The notes under the pieces were generated by a model. The model was given only the letters and a program-made list of their open reading frames with translations, ran no database searches and had not been told where the DNA came from. A DNA stretch of 63,090 bases, the filler included, from Eubacteriales bacterium (GTDB taxonomy: Bacteria; Bacillota; Clostridia; Oscillospirales; CAG-382), in NCBI GenBank assembly GCA_045636665.1. It is 8 parts of 8 records of this genome, joined end to end, with 100 filler letters (N's around TTAATTAATTAA, not from the genome) between each part and the next. Parts side by side here need not be neighbours in the genome. Positions count along the whole stretch, not along the records: positions 48,132 to 51,069 come from JAZTXY010000017.1; positions 51,170 to 54,041 come from JAZTXY010000018.1; positions 54,142 to 56,820 come from JAZTXY010000019.1; positions 56,921 to 60,784 come from JAZTXY010000021.1; positions 60,885 to 63,090 come from JAZTXY010000027.1; 3 more parts are not named here. One strand, written 5' to 3'. Positions within the stretch are counted from its first letter, which is position 1. Every line of letters starts with the position of its first letter. Made by a program: the position numbers and the translations under genes. Positions 49,838 through 60,952 of the stretch are shown here, piece after piece.

Positions 49838-50741
49838 TTACACCGTTACTTTGCAGGATACCGAAGAAAAATGCCGTCTTGACGTTTTGGCATCGAAGGC
49901 TTTTGAAATAAGCCGCGCAAGAGCGCAGGAGCTTATTTCCGAAGGGAAAATAACCGTCAACGGCAAAAAAAGCGAAAAGAAGCTTTTGCTTTCTGTCGGT
50001 GATATATTGGAAATCGAGCTACCGCCCGAGCGTGAGCTCGAAGCGATTCCCCAAAACATTCCCATTGATATAATTTATGAGGATGAATATCTCCTCGTAG
50101 TCGATAAGCCGCGCGGTATGGTGGTGCACCCTGCCGCAGGCAACCCCGATCAAACGCTGGTAAATGCCCTGCTTTACCATTGCAAGGGTCGTCTTTCGTC
50201 GATAAACGGCGTAATACGTCCCGGTATAGTGCACCGCATCGATAAGGATACCTCGGGTCTGCTTATCGTTGCAAAGACCGATGAAGCGCATCAAGGTCTT
50301 GCCGAGCAAATCGCCGTTCATTCCTTTGAGCGAAAGTATGAAGCGATTATCGGAGGTCATTTAAAGGAAGAAAGCGGAACGGTCAACGCGCCTATCGGAC
50401 GGCACAAGACCGACCGCAAAAAAATGGCGGTCACCGCATTAAATTCCAAAGAGGCGATAACGCATTACCGCGTAATTGCCGAAAGCAGGGAATATACCCA
50501 TCTCGAGCTTACGCTCGAAACGGGTCGCACCCATCAAATAAGGGTGCATATGGCATATATCGGGCATCCCGTTGCGGGTGATACGGTATATGGAAACGCG
50601 CGTTACAGACTTGGCATGGAAGGTCAATGTCTGTTTGCGAAATACATATCTTTTGTCCACCCCATAACGGGTGAGACCATGACGTTTGAAGCGGCAAGGC
50701 CTGCGTATTTCAGCGATGCGCTCCGCCGTGCCGGGCTTTAG
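49824..50741 (+). CDS. rluD: RluA-family pseudouridine synthase (RluD type, with S4 domain)
   Basis: KPRGMVVHP, HRIDKDTSG, LETGRTHQIRVH. Confidence 0.9.
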   Translation: MKMNNYTVTLQDTEEKCRLDVLASKAFEISRARAQELISEGKITVNGKKSEKKLLLSVGDILEIELPPERELEAIPQNIPIDIIYEDEYLLVVDKPRGMVVHPAAGNPDQTLVNALLYHCKGRLSSINGVIRPGIVHRIDKDTSGLLIVAKTDEAHQGLAEQIAVHSFERKYEAIIGGHLKEESGTVNAPIGRHKTDRKKMAVTALNSKEAITHYRVIAESREYTHLELTLETGRTHQIRVHMAYIGHPVAGDTVYGNARYRLGMEGQCLFAKYISFVHPITGETMTFEAARPAYFSDALRRAGL

Positions 50742-50758
50742 TCAGAAAGGAAATGATT

Positions 50759-51069
50759 ATGGAAAAAACAACCATCCTCACGCTGAAAGAAAGAGCCGCT
50801 AAAGTCAGAATCCACTCTGTCGATGCGGTATACGGCGCAAAAAGCGGCCATCCGGGCGGATCGCTGTCTATTGCAGACGTAATCACTTATCTTTATTTCC
50901 ACAAAATGAACATCGACCCGAAAAATCCCCAAAAGGAAGACCGCGACAGATTCGTTCTTTCGAAGGGACATTGCTGTCCTGCGCTTTATTCCGCATTGGC
51001 TGAAAAGGGATATTTCGACGTTGAAGAGCTGAAGAACCTGCGTAAATTGGGCGCAATGCTTCAAGGACA
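50759..51069 (+). CDS. Transketolase N-terminal subunit, truncated
   Basis: SGHPGGSLS, RDRFVLSKGH, LQG. Confidence 0.9.
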
Positions 51070-51169
51070 NNNNNNNNNNNNNNNNNNNNNNNNNNNNNNN
51101 NNNNNNNNNNNNNTTAATTAATTAANNNNNNNNNNNNNNNNNNNNNNNNNNNNNNNNNNNNNNNNNNNN

Positions 51170-53212
51170 CTTCTGAGTCTGGGTGAGGAAGTTGCCGTTG
51201 AACGAAATAACGTCAACGAGGTATGCCATATCGTATTCTTGGAGAAGCTCGAGAGTTGCGGGAACGTTTCCTGCGTTACTGCCCTTGAATTCTACGAAGA
51301 TCTTGCAGTCTTTATCCGCAAAATAATCGCAAACCTCTTTAAGAGTAGGAACCTTTTCGGTGGTGGGCTTGCCGTCATTTCCGAGAATGAATTCCTTCTT
51401 GATCTCTTCGAGAGTCATTTGGTTAACGGTCTTGTTGCCGGTATAGGTGGTAGTACGGTTGATGGTGCTGTCGTGCATAATGATAATGTGGCCGTCTTTG
51501 GTGATTTCAACGTCAACCTCAAAAACGTCTGCGCCGTTTTCATATGCCTTGATGAAGCCCGAAAGGGTGTTTTCGGGTGCTTGGCTGGGATTGCCGCGGT
51601 GACCGATGATGATGGGGGTTCTGGTCATTGTGTCTTCAACAAAGTGCTTGTTGATAAGCGCCGCGGTGCCTTCAGCGCTTTCGGTAACGATACCGTTTAC
51701 GCCGTAGGTGATGATTTTAACGATGTCAGCATCAGATACATCTTCATCGCAAATTACCCAAACCGCAACAGCGTACTCTTGGATTTCCATAACGTCTTCC
51801 TTGGAAAGAGCGTCGAGTGCGCTTTCGCCGTCGAATGCAACGAAGGTTGCGGGAGCCGAACGAACCGCCTTACGGATATCGTGATAGCTCATATCCGAAT
51901 CGATAAACAAACCGGTTCTTACGGTAACGATTTCCTTACGGATGTATGCAAGAACCTTACTGTCAGTAGAGATAACGTTTGCATCCTTGCATTTGTTTGC
52001 GTTCATTGCGGCAACAAACTTTTCGGCAACGTCCATAGAGTCGATATAATAGGTAGCGAGCTTTTTATTTTCAACACAGCCCTTTACAAAGGAAGCAAAG
52101 TCGAAATTTTTGTCTGTATAAGCAAATACACTGCCCGCGGGAGTAGCCGCAAGGTCGGATGCTTTTGCAACGCGCTCAACGTTTGCAATGGGATTGATGA
52201 GATTGATTTCTTCGCGTGCGTTATTGATAAGGTCAAGCTTTTTCTCCGCTTTTGCGGGAACGGTTTCCTGAACGGTAACCTTAATGTTCTTGAACGCTAC
52301 GGTACCGTAGTTCATGGTAAGACCGATCTGACCCTTTTCATAGTGAGCCGCGCTTACGTTGGTTTTGGAAGTACTGATAACGTCTTCGGTAAGATAAGCG
52401 ACCTGAGTTCCGTCAATTTCGTGGCTGATCTTCTTGCCCATAGCTCTGACGGTAAAGTTTTGATACTTATTCTTAAGGGAGGTTATATCGCCGGTGCTCT
52501 TAAGCACAACGTTCCAAGCGTCGCCGCTGGTTCTTTCGGTAAATTCAATACCGCCGTTAGTGGTGTTTTCACGTGCGCAGAGGTGATAATAGGGATAATA
52601 TTTGCTGTTTGCGTTCTGGATACGGTAAACGAGACCGACCCATCTGCCGGTGTCCTTGGTGGTGAGCATCTTAAGGTCGGTAGAAATAGCGTAATCACCG
52701 AAGTCACCGAGCCATTCGGGAAGGATCACTCTTACGTAATCGTCGCTCATATGTCCGAGAACAAAAGCGCCGTCCTTGAACGAATAACGATCGTCTGCAT
52801 CAAGGAATTTCCAACCCTCGGTTTTAAGCTGAGAAATGTTGGAATATTTGGAAAAATCGGTTTCGAAAAGAACGTATTCGGTTTCGTTCTTTTCCTTGGA
52901 AACAACGTAAACGGTCTTGCTCTTGCTTCCCTTGGTAGCGGTTACGGGAACAACACCCTTTTCGTTGATTTTAAGTGTGGTGATAACGTTGCCTGCTTCA
53001 TTTTTCCACGTGAGGTCGGTAGTAGCAGAGCTGTCGCCATCGAAAACAACGGAATAATCGGAAAAATCAACGGTATCGCCAACGTCTGCGGTAATTGCAG
53101 GCGATGTGTTGGAGATAGCTTTGATTTCCGCGGCAACGTTCATAACGCCCAAAAACGTAAAGAGCGACAAAACCATTGCCAACGAAAGAATTGCACTTAA
53201 TGTTCTTCTCAT
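51170..53212 (-). CDS. Secreted glycerophosphodiester phosphodiesterase-family protein with N-terminal ConA/DUF1080-like domain; 3' truncated
   Basis: Signal peptide; GLVYRIQ..YYH..GQIGL..FKNIKV; degenerate GDPD (GVNGIVT) followed by IIGHRG..PENTL..FEVDV..HD. Confidence 0.85.
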
Positions 53213-53275
53213 GATCTTTTCTCCTTGTTTGAATTTTATTCTCGAAGGATAGCATCCTTCTGTTTGCAACTTAAA

Positions 53276-54041
53276 TCAATACGCCTTTGCCCAAACTACG
53301 TTGTGAATTGCATCCTTGCCGCAGCAAACGCACTTTTTGCCTTCGACCGAAACAACGTCATAGATACAACGCGAGCCGACGCCTGCTTTTGCCTTAACCT
53401 CGTCCTCGCATTCTTCACATCCGCACCAGGGAGCGTAAACAAAGCCGTCGCCGTTTTCTTCGAGCGCTTTTGCGATTTCCTCGATAGATTCACAGCGGTA
53501 GGTATGCGCTTCGCGGTTTGCGATTGCTCTGTCGAACATACCTTGACGCACGGTTTCCAAAGCTGCCTTAACGGTTTCGCCGATGTTTTCAAGCGAAGCA
53601 ACGGTTTTTTCGCCGTTGTGACGGGTTGCGATAACGCAGTTGCCTGCTTCGATATCTCTCGGACCGAGCTCGATACGAACGGGCACGCCCTTCATTTCGT
53701 ATTCCGAGAATTTCCATCCCGCGCTCATATCGCTTTCATCAAGCTTAACGCGAATGCCTGCCTTCAAGAGCTCTTCCTTAAGCTCGCGGCAACGGTCGAG
53801 AACGCCTTCCTTATGCTGTGCAATAGGAATAATAACCGCTTGAATAGGTGCAACGTCGGGAGGAAGAACAAGACCGCGGTTATCACCGTGAGTCATAATG
53901 ATTGCGCCGATAAGACGGGTGGTTACGCCCCAAGAGGTTTGGAAGGGGTGAACCTTTTTATTTTCTTTGTTGGTATAGGTGATATCACACGCCTTTGCAA
54001 AGCCGTCGCCGAAATAGTGGCTGGTGCCTGCCTGAAGCGCC
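53276..54041 (-). CDS. proS: Proline--tRNA ligase (archaeal/eukaryote-like type), C-terminal fragment
   Basis: [45 protein letters not shown]. Confidence 0.93.
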
Positions 54042-54141
54042 NNNNNNNNNNNNNNNNNNNNNNNNNNNNNNNNNNNNNNNNNNNNTTAATTAATTAANNN
54101 NNNNNNNNNNNNNNNNNNNNNNNNNNNNNNNNNNNNNNNNN

Positions 54142-55031
54142 GGGATGATAACCGCCTGTACGGGAGCGACCGCGGGAGGAAGAACGAGACCTCTGTTGTC
54201 GCCGTGGGTCATGATTACCGCACCGATAAGACGGGTGGTAACGCCCCAAGAGGTCTGGAAGGGATGAACCTTTTTGTTTTCCTTGTTGGTGTAAGTAATA
54301 TCAAATGCCTTTGCAAATCCGTCGCCGAAATAGTGGCTGGTGCCTGCCTGAAGCGCCTTGCCGTCGTGCATAAGAGCTTCGATAGCATAGGTTGCTTCTG
54401 CACCGGCAAATTTGTCGCTTTCGGTCTTGCGCCCTCTGATAACGGGCATTGCAAGGTCATTTTCGCAGAAATCGGCATAGATGTTAAGCATCTGTTCGGT
54501 TTCGGCAATTGCCTCCTCTGCGGTTGCGTGGATGGTATGACCCCCCTGCCACAAGAATCCGCGTGTGCGAAGGAAGGGGCGCGTTGTCTTTTCCCATCTT
54601 ACAACGCTTACCCATTGGTTATAAAGCTTGGGAAGGTCGCGATAGGAGTGAATAATATTCGAATAGTGCTCGCAAAACAGAGTTTCGCTGGTGGGACGTA
54701 CGCAAAGGCGATCCTCCAACGGCTCGCTTCCGCCGTGAGTTACCCAAGCAACCTCGGGTGCGAAGCCCTCGACGTGATCCTTTTCCTTTTGGAGCTGGCT
54801 TTCGGGAATGAACATCGGCATACAAACGTTTTCGTGTCCGGTTTCCTTGAATTTGGTATCAAGAATGCGCTGAATGTTTTCCCATACGGCATAGGCATAG
54901 GGGCGGATAACAAGACAGCCCTTGACCGAGGTATATTCGATCATTTCGGCTTTTTTAACGATATCTGTATACCATTGAGCAAAATCCTCCTCCATAGGAG
55001 TGATTTCCTCGACAAATTTCTTTTCTGCCAT
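54142..55031 (-). CDS. proS: Proline--tRNA ligase, N-terminal fragment
   Basis: [33 protein letters not shown]. Confidence 0.93.
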
Positions 55032-55092
55032 TGAATATATGTCCTTTCGATGAATTTTTTCTTTCCGACAATTTAATATTGTTCTTTAACTC

Positions 55093-55162
55093 TTGCAATC
55101 TTGCAAAATATAGTTATAATATAGTATTGATAAAGTATAGCAGATTGACGGTCGCTTGTCAA
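55093..55162. promoter_or_regulatory. Opposing promoters for proS and the surface protein
   Basis: + strand TTGCAA-16-TATAAT (55093-55120); - strand TTGACA-17-TGnTATACT (55162-55134). Confidence 0.6.
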
Positions 55163-55191
55163 TCGCAAAAAACATTTTACTCGGAGGAACT

Positions 55192-56820
55192 ATGAAAAAA
55201 ACCTACAGATTTGCCGCGATGCTTGTTGCATTGCTCATAACCATAACCTCCTTTGCCTTTTTAGCGCTTGCGGAGGGCGAGGGCGATACGTCTGTCGGAA
55301 ACGAGGATTCATCGGCTGTAACAGACAGCTCGACACCCGAAACAGGTAACACAGAATCGAGCGACCCCGAATCGGGCAATACCGAATCGAGCGATCCCGA
55401 AGCAAGTAACCCCGAAACAAGCAACCCCGAATCGAGCGAGCCTGAAACGAGCAACCCCGAAACGAGCGAGCCCGATCCCAACGCTTACACGGTCAACGTT
55501 GTCGTTCAAGGCGCAGATTCAAGCTCGGTAAGCGTTTCCTTTAACGGCGAAGTAAAAACCGACGGCTATTTCGGTTCTGCCGAAAGCCTTAGCATAACCG
55601 TTGAACCGAAATACGGCTTCAAGATTACAGGTGCCAGTTTCGGCGTTGCGCAATTTATGCAATCGCTTACCGAAGCTGACGGTAAATTCAGCGGTACATA
55701 CAATACGCTTACCGCGGGAGCTACCTACACCCTCTCCGTTACGGTCGAGCTCGTGCCCATTCCCGCAAATCTTACCGTAAAGGCATTCGGTGCAACCGCT
55801 TATACCATATCGGTCGGCGGCGAGGTCGTTGACCTTAACACCAAGCAGCTTATGACCGGTGATGAGGTTAAGATTGATTTCACGATTGACGGTGATTTCA
55901 ATCCCGCTTCCGCAACGCTCACGCTCAACGGCGCCGCGCAAACGGTTACCGAACCCTCGATAACCTTTATCCTCGCAGGCAATACCGATATCGTTTTCCT
56001 TTACGGTGTCGTTCCCGTTACCATTACCATCAACGGCCCCGGTACTGTCACGATACAAAAAACCGCGGACAGCAGTCCCGTTGACGAAATTTTCAACTCC
56101 AACCCCAACGAACCGTTGGTTAAGACGATTTATCTTACCAAGGACGTAAACTATAAGCTTTTCGGCACTCCCGCTTCGGGCTATGAAGCAAACGGCACGA
56201 TTGAAATTTCCGAACCCCGCCGCGATGCCGTCGGCAACGTTTATTTCTTCATTCCCGGCGGTCCCACTACGGTTTCCGCATCCTTCCGGGCATCCGATAA
56301 GCCTCCCGTTTCCGACTGCGTGGTTCAAATTAACGCAAGCATGGGCGGTAAAGTAGTTGCAGGCTCCACAACCGTTTTCGGAGGAATGAGCGGAAGCATC
56401 ATTCTTAAATCCGGCGAAAGCATCACCATCACCGTTATTCCCGACGAGGATTACGCAGTCGACGTATTCCGTGTCGGTGGTGTTGTAACCCAGCTTACCA
56501 ATGACCAATATACTTTAAGCAACGTCGTTGCTTCCACCACCACTGTTTCGGTAGTGTTCAAAAACGTTGCTCCCCCTCCGTCCGATGACGAAACCATCGG
56601 CGTTGACGATATCGTTTGGACCATCCCCGATATTGTCGTTGATATCACAGACGGCAAGGCTATCCGCCGCGAGGTGTTTGACAAGATCGCAACCCTTACC
56701 GGCGCAGGCAAATACGTTGAATTCGTCAGTGCAAACGGCAGCTTCTTTATCCCCTACGGCGGAAAAATCGAAGGAAGCGCTACCCACGTTAACCTTTCCG
56801 TTATGCCTCTTTTAAGCGGC
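55192..56820 (+). CDS. Secreted/surface protein with S(N/D/E)PE(T/S) repeat linker and tandem Ig-like (divergent InlB-B type) domains; truncated
   Basis: RBS GGAGG; signal peptide; P..GY/P.EDY-containing beta-rich repeats. Confidence 0.8.
55337..55480 (+). repeat. Coding 15/30-nt degenerate tandem repeats
   Basis: Encodes GNTESSDPES GNTESSDPEA SNPET SNPES SEPET SNPET SEPDP. Confidence 0.75.
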
Positions 56821-56920
56821 NNNNNNNNNNNNNNNNNNNNNNNNNNNNNNNNNNNNNNNNNNNNTTAATTAATTAANNNNNNNNNNNNNNNNNNNNNNNN
56901 NNNNNNNNNNNNNNNNNNNN

Positions 56921-57802
56921 AGCCTTTACTATTGGGATGCACATGGGATATGCAAGACCGATATCCTCACACGCGATGACCATCAAGCGTCGGCAAGCCG
57001 ATATTAAATCGCCGCCCTCCAAAATCCGAGCGAGATAGAATATTGCGGCATCGGGGTCGGAGCCGCGAATCGATTTTTGGAACGCGGAAAGAAGGTCGTA
57101 ATGCTCGTTACCGTCACGGTCGAAGCGGATGCCCGACCTTTGTGCAAGCTGATGAGCCAATTCGCCCGACAACAGGTTTTCACTTGCGTAATAGACGTTT
57201 TCCAACGCGCCGAGCGCCTTTCGTACGTCACCGCCGCATCCGTTTGCGATGGCAAGCAAAACATCATCCGAGCATTCCTTATTAAGCCCCGATGACTTGT
57301 TGCAATAATCAAACGCGCGTCGCAACGCGGGAAGCATATCCTTTGCGTCGACGGGCTTAAATTCAAACACGCTTGAGCGTGACAAAAGCGCGGGATAGAG
57401 CGAAAAGAAGGGGTTTTCGGTGGTTGAGCTTATAAGCGTTACACGACCGTCCTCGACGTATTCGAGAAGCGATTGCTGTTGCTTTTTGTTGAAATACTGA
57501 ATTTCATCGATATAAAGGATTATTCCGTCATAGGCGGTAATCGTTTGAGAAAGCGATAATATATCCTTTATGTCAGAAAGCGAGGCAACCGTTGCGTTTA
57601 TGCGGTAAAATTCCCTGCCCGTTTGCTTTGCGACGATATCGGCAACGGTTGTTTTGCCGGTACCGGGAGGTCCGTGAAAGACGAGCGACGGGATATGTCC
57701 GCTTTCGATAATACGGCGGAACGGCGCGTTTTTGGCAAGCAGATGCTTTTGTCCCGCAACGTCATCGAAGCTTTTCGGACGTACACTGTCGGCAAGCGGC
57801 AT
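56921..57802 (-). CDS. rarA: Replication-associated recombination protein A (MgsA/RarA AAA+ ATPase), 3' truncated
   Basis: PLAD.VRP, GPPGTGKTT, IDEI, TTENP, HYDLLSAFQKSIRGSD. Confidence 0.95.
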
Positions 57803-57839
57803 GGAATTTCACCTCTTTTCGTTTGAATTTGCTTTGTTA

Positions 57840-58637
57840 TTATTTTTTCTTCTTTTTCTTTTGGGTTGCAGGGGGATAATAGGTATTATCGCCGTCGTTT
57901 TCCTTGTCTTCCATATCCATAATTTCCTCGGGCTCGGGCTTTTTGCGGAAGGAGAACTTCGATTCCTGATTATTGAAGATACGGTAGAGGTTTGAACGGT
58001 GCATATAGATGACCAAAATACCGACAAAGAGCGCGAAGAAAAGCTCAAACGCGTGTTCCATACCGTAGGCGATACGGATAGCCGCAGGATAAACGAGCGC
58101 CGCGATGATCGAGGAAAGCGAAACGTAGCGCGTGATGAGAAGCACCAACGCAAAGATTACGATAAGCACCGCAAATATCATCGGGTCGATAAGCAATATC
58201 ATCGTAGCGGCGGTAAGAACGCCCTTGCCGCCCTTAAAGCGGTAATATACGGGGAAAATATGGCCTATCATACAGAATGCGCCTGCGAGGTATGCGCCCA
58301 TTCTGCCGAACATAACAGAACCGATAAACACCGAAACGAGCTGCTTTGCAACGTCGCCGAGCAGAGTCCAAACCGCGCCGTCTTTGCCGTAAACGCGGTG
58401 CATATTGGTAAGTCCCGCATTACCGCTGCCGAAGGAACGGATATCCTGCTTGAACTTATAGCGCGAAACGATGATTGCCGAATTGAGCGAGCCTAAAAGA
58501 TAGGCGATAACGGCACAGATTATCCAAGTGCCGACCGTTGCAACGGTGAAAATGCCCGAATCCTGGAGGCTGACGAGCCATTTTGAAACTAAGCCGAAAA
58601 AGTTGTTGTTGGGATCAAGGTCGAGTAAATATCTCAT
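57840..58637 (-). CDS. plsY: Glycerol-3-phosphate acyltransferase
   Basis: YLLGS, DIRSFGSGNAG.TN, GHIFP..FKGGKGV, H.SN. Confidence 0.93.
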   Translation of the reverse strand: MRYLLDLDPNNNFFGLVSKWLVSLQDSGIFTVATVGTWIICAVIAYLLGSLNSAIIVSRYKFKQDIRSFGSGNAGLTNMHRVYGKDGAVWTLLGDVAKQLVSVFIGSVMFGRMGAYLAGAFCMIGHIFPVYYRFKGGKGVLTAATMILLIDPMIFAVLIVIFALVLLITRYVSLSSIIAALVYPAAIRIAYGMEHAFELFFALFVGILVIYMHRSNLYRIFNNQESKFSFRKKPEPEEIMDMEDKENDGDNTYYPPATQKKKKKK

Positions 58638-59977
58638 TTGATTTCAACTCCTTTGGGATTTTCGCCCTTTTGTTTGATTACGAAGCGTATCGGCGTGCCC
58701 GAAAAGTCAAACGCTTCGCGCAGACAGTTTTCGATATAGCGCTGATAGGAGAAATGGAAAAGCTCGGAATCGTTACAGAAAAGAACGAAGGTGGGGGGTG
58801 TTACGCCCGTTTGAGTCATATAATATATCTTCAATCTTCTGCCCTTGTCGGACGGCGGTTGAACCCTTGCCGTAACGTCGGAAAGAAAATCGTTCAGCAA
58901 GCCCGTAGTGATACGGCGGTTTGCGTTTTCGTGTATTTCGTTGATTGTGGAATAGAGCTTATCGACTCTTTGTCCGGTTTTTGCCGAAACAAAGGCAACG
59001 GGAGCATAGCGCATATAGGTAAGCGCAGTGTAAACGTCCTTTTTATAGTTGTTTACCGAGGAATTATCGTGCTCCAAGCTATCCCACTTATTAATAACGA
59101 TTATGCTCGATTTACCTGCGTTATGCGCAAGTCCCGCAATACGTTCGTCCTGAGCTGTAACGCCCTCGTTTGCATCGACCATAATAAGGCAAACGTCTGC
59201 CTTTTCGACAGCGGCATTGGCGCGGATGACCGAATATTTTTCGATCCTGTCCTCAACCTTTGCGCTTCTTCTTATACCTGCGGTATCGACGAAGATATAT
59301 TTGCCGTGTTTATTTTCGACAAAGCTGTCGATAGCATCTCTGGTCGTGCCGGGCATATCCGAAACTATCGCTCTGTCCTCGCCCGTGATGCGGTTGATTA
59401 TGCTCGATTTACCTGCGTTCGGTTTACCGATAACGGCAACGCGGATAGCGCCTTCCTCCTCGGGGTTGCTTACCTCCTCGGGGAGATAGGATATAACGCA
59501 GTCGAGAATATCGCCCGTACCCGTGCCGTGTACCGAGGAAACGGGGATTACGTCCTCAAAGCCGAGCTCGTAAAATTCATAAAAGCCTGCGGGCACTTCA
59601 CCGATGGTGTCGACCTTGTTGACCGCAACGATTATCGGCTTGCGGCTCTTTTTGAGCATCGAGGCAATTTCCCTATCCGCCGCGGTGACACCGACCGAAA
59701 GCTCGGTCATAAAAATGATAACGTCGGCAGAACCGATTGCGATAAGCGCTTGGTCACGCATTTGGCGGAGAAGCGTATTTTCGGTGGTGGGTTCGATACC
59801 GCCCGTGTCGATAAACAGCATTTGTCTGCCGTTCCATTCAACGTCGCAATAGATTCTGTCGCGAGTTACACCGGGGGTATCCTCGACGATAGAAATGCGT
59901 TCACCCGCTATTTTGTTAAAGAATGTGCTTTTGCCGACGTTTGGTCTGCCGACAACAGCAACCGTACATTTTGCCAT
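58634..59977 (-). CDS. der: Ribosome biogenesis GTPase Der (EngA)
   Basis: Tandem G domains GRPNVGKS / GKPNAGKS, DTGG / DTAG, NKVD / NKWD. Confidence 0.97.
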   Translation of the reverse strand: MAKCTVAVVGRPNVGKSTFFNKIAGERISIVEDTPGVTRDRIYCDVEWNGRQMLFIDTGGIEPTTENTLLRQMRDQALIAIGSADVIIFMTELSVGVTAADREIASMLKKSRKPIIVAVNKVDTIGEVPAGFYEFYELGFEDVIPVSSVHGTGTGDILDCVISYLPEEVSNPEEEGAIRVAVIGKPNAGKSSIINRITGEDRAIVSDMPGTTRDAIDSFVENKHGKYIFVDTAGIRRSAKVEDRIEKYSVIRANAAVEKADVCLIMVDANEGVTAQDERIAGLAHNAGKSSIIVINKWDSLEHDNSSVNNYKKDVYTALTYMRYAPVAFVSAKTGQRVDKLYSTINEIHENANRRITTGLLNDFLSDVTARVQPPSDKGRRLKIYYMTQTGVTPPTFVLFCNDSELFHFSYQRYIENCLREAFDFSGTPIRFVIKQKGENPKGVEIK

Positions 59978-60012
59978 TTAAAATCAGTCCTTTCGTGAGG
60001 GCTTGGTTACTT

Positions 60013-60784
60013 TTATTCCTGTAATCCCGTTATTGCTTCGCAAAGGTTATATCCGCCGCTTGAAACTACTCTTATTTTGACCGAGAGAGCATTTTCGACG
60101 TCTTCAACCGAAACGTCATCAAGGAACAGGTCGCCTTGCGCGCGAAGCATATTTTCGGGGATAAGCAATTCATCGCCGACGTTGGTATCCTTTAATTGAG
60201 CGATGATATCGCCGCCCGTGACAAGACCGCTTACCGTTACGCTTCCGCCGAAGAAATCGTTGCGTATCGGCGCGACAGTCACCTGCAATTTTTCGTATTT
60301 TTCGGTCGCGAGCCTTGCAAGGGCTTGTAAATGTTCCTTTGCGGCATAGCCGGTTGCGACTGTTACTTTTCTATTATACTCCAAATCATCGAGATTTTCA
60401 AGACATTCAAGAAATTCGGTAATATCGTTTCTTATCATTCCGACGCCGTTTTCAAGCTGAGGATAGCCCTCGTAATAGCCTTCATCGGGTATTTCGCGAT
60501 TTGCGGTGAGGAAAAATTCGTCGGACGGATAGATAAGACGCATTCCCTTATCGTTAAGACATTTTTCGCCGTATGCATTTGCGATATCGATAACCGCGTT
60601 GGCGCTTTCCTTATCAAACGGGCTTAATTCGTAAAGACCCTCGCGGTGGCCCGTAAGTCCGCAGGGCACAAGCGCGATCGATTCGATATTTTGAAGCTTG
60701 ACAAGGTCGGAAAGCGAATTTTCAAGCTCTGCTTTGTCGTTAATTCCCTTACAAAGCACAAGCTGTGCATTTATCGCAATGCCG
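60013..60784 (-). CDS. DUF512 radical-SAM-like protein, 5' truncated
   Basis: VPCGLT.HR, DEFF, YPQLENGVG, NDFFG.SVTVSGLVTG.D, FLDD; typical position upstream of der. Confidence 0.88.
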
Positions 60785-60884
60785 NNNNNNNNNNNNNNNN
60801 NNNNNNNNNNNNNNNNNNNNNNNNNNNNTTAATTAATTAANNNNNNNNNNNNNNNNNNNNNNNNNNNNNNNNNNNNNNNNNNNN

Positions 60885-60950
60885 GAAAAATCCTCTATTT
60901 TTTCCTTTCAAATACAATTCCGCATAGCGGATAATAATTACTTTTTTCAT
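60885..60950 (-). CDS. thiI: tRNA 4-thiouridine synthase N-terminus, truncated
   Basis: MKKVIIIRYAELYLKGKNRGFF; follows a cysteine desulfurase. Confidence 0.85.
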
Positions 60951-60952
60951 TC

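Noticed and set aside
55032..55130. T-box riboswitch upstream of proS
   Set aside because: Leader is under 100 nt from the predicted promoter and lacks the T-box consensus and terminator
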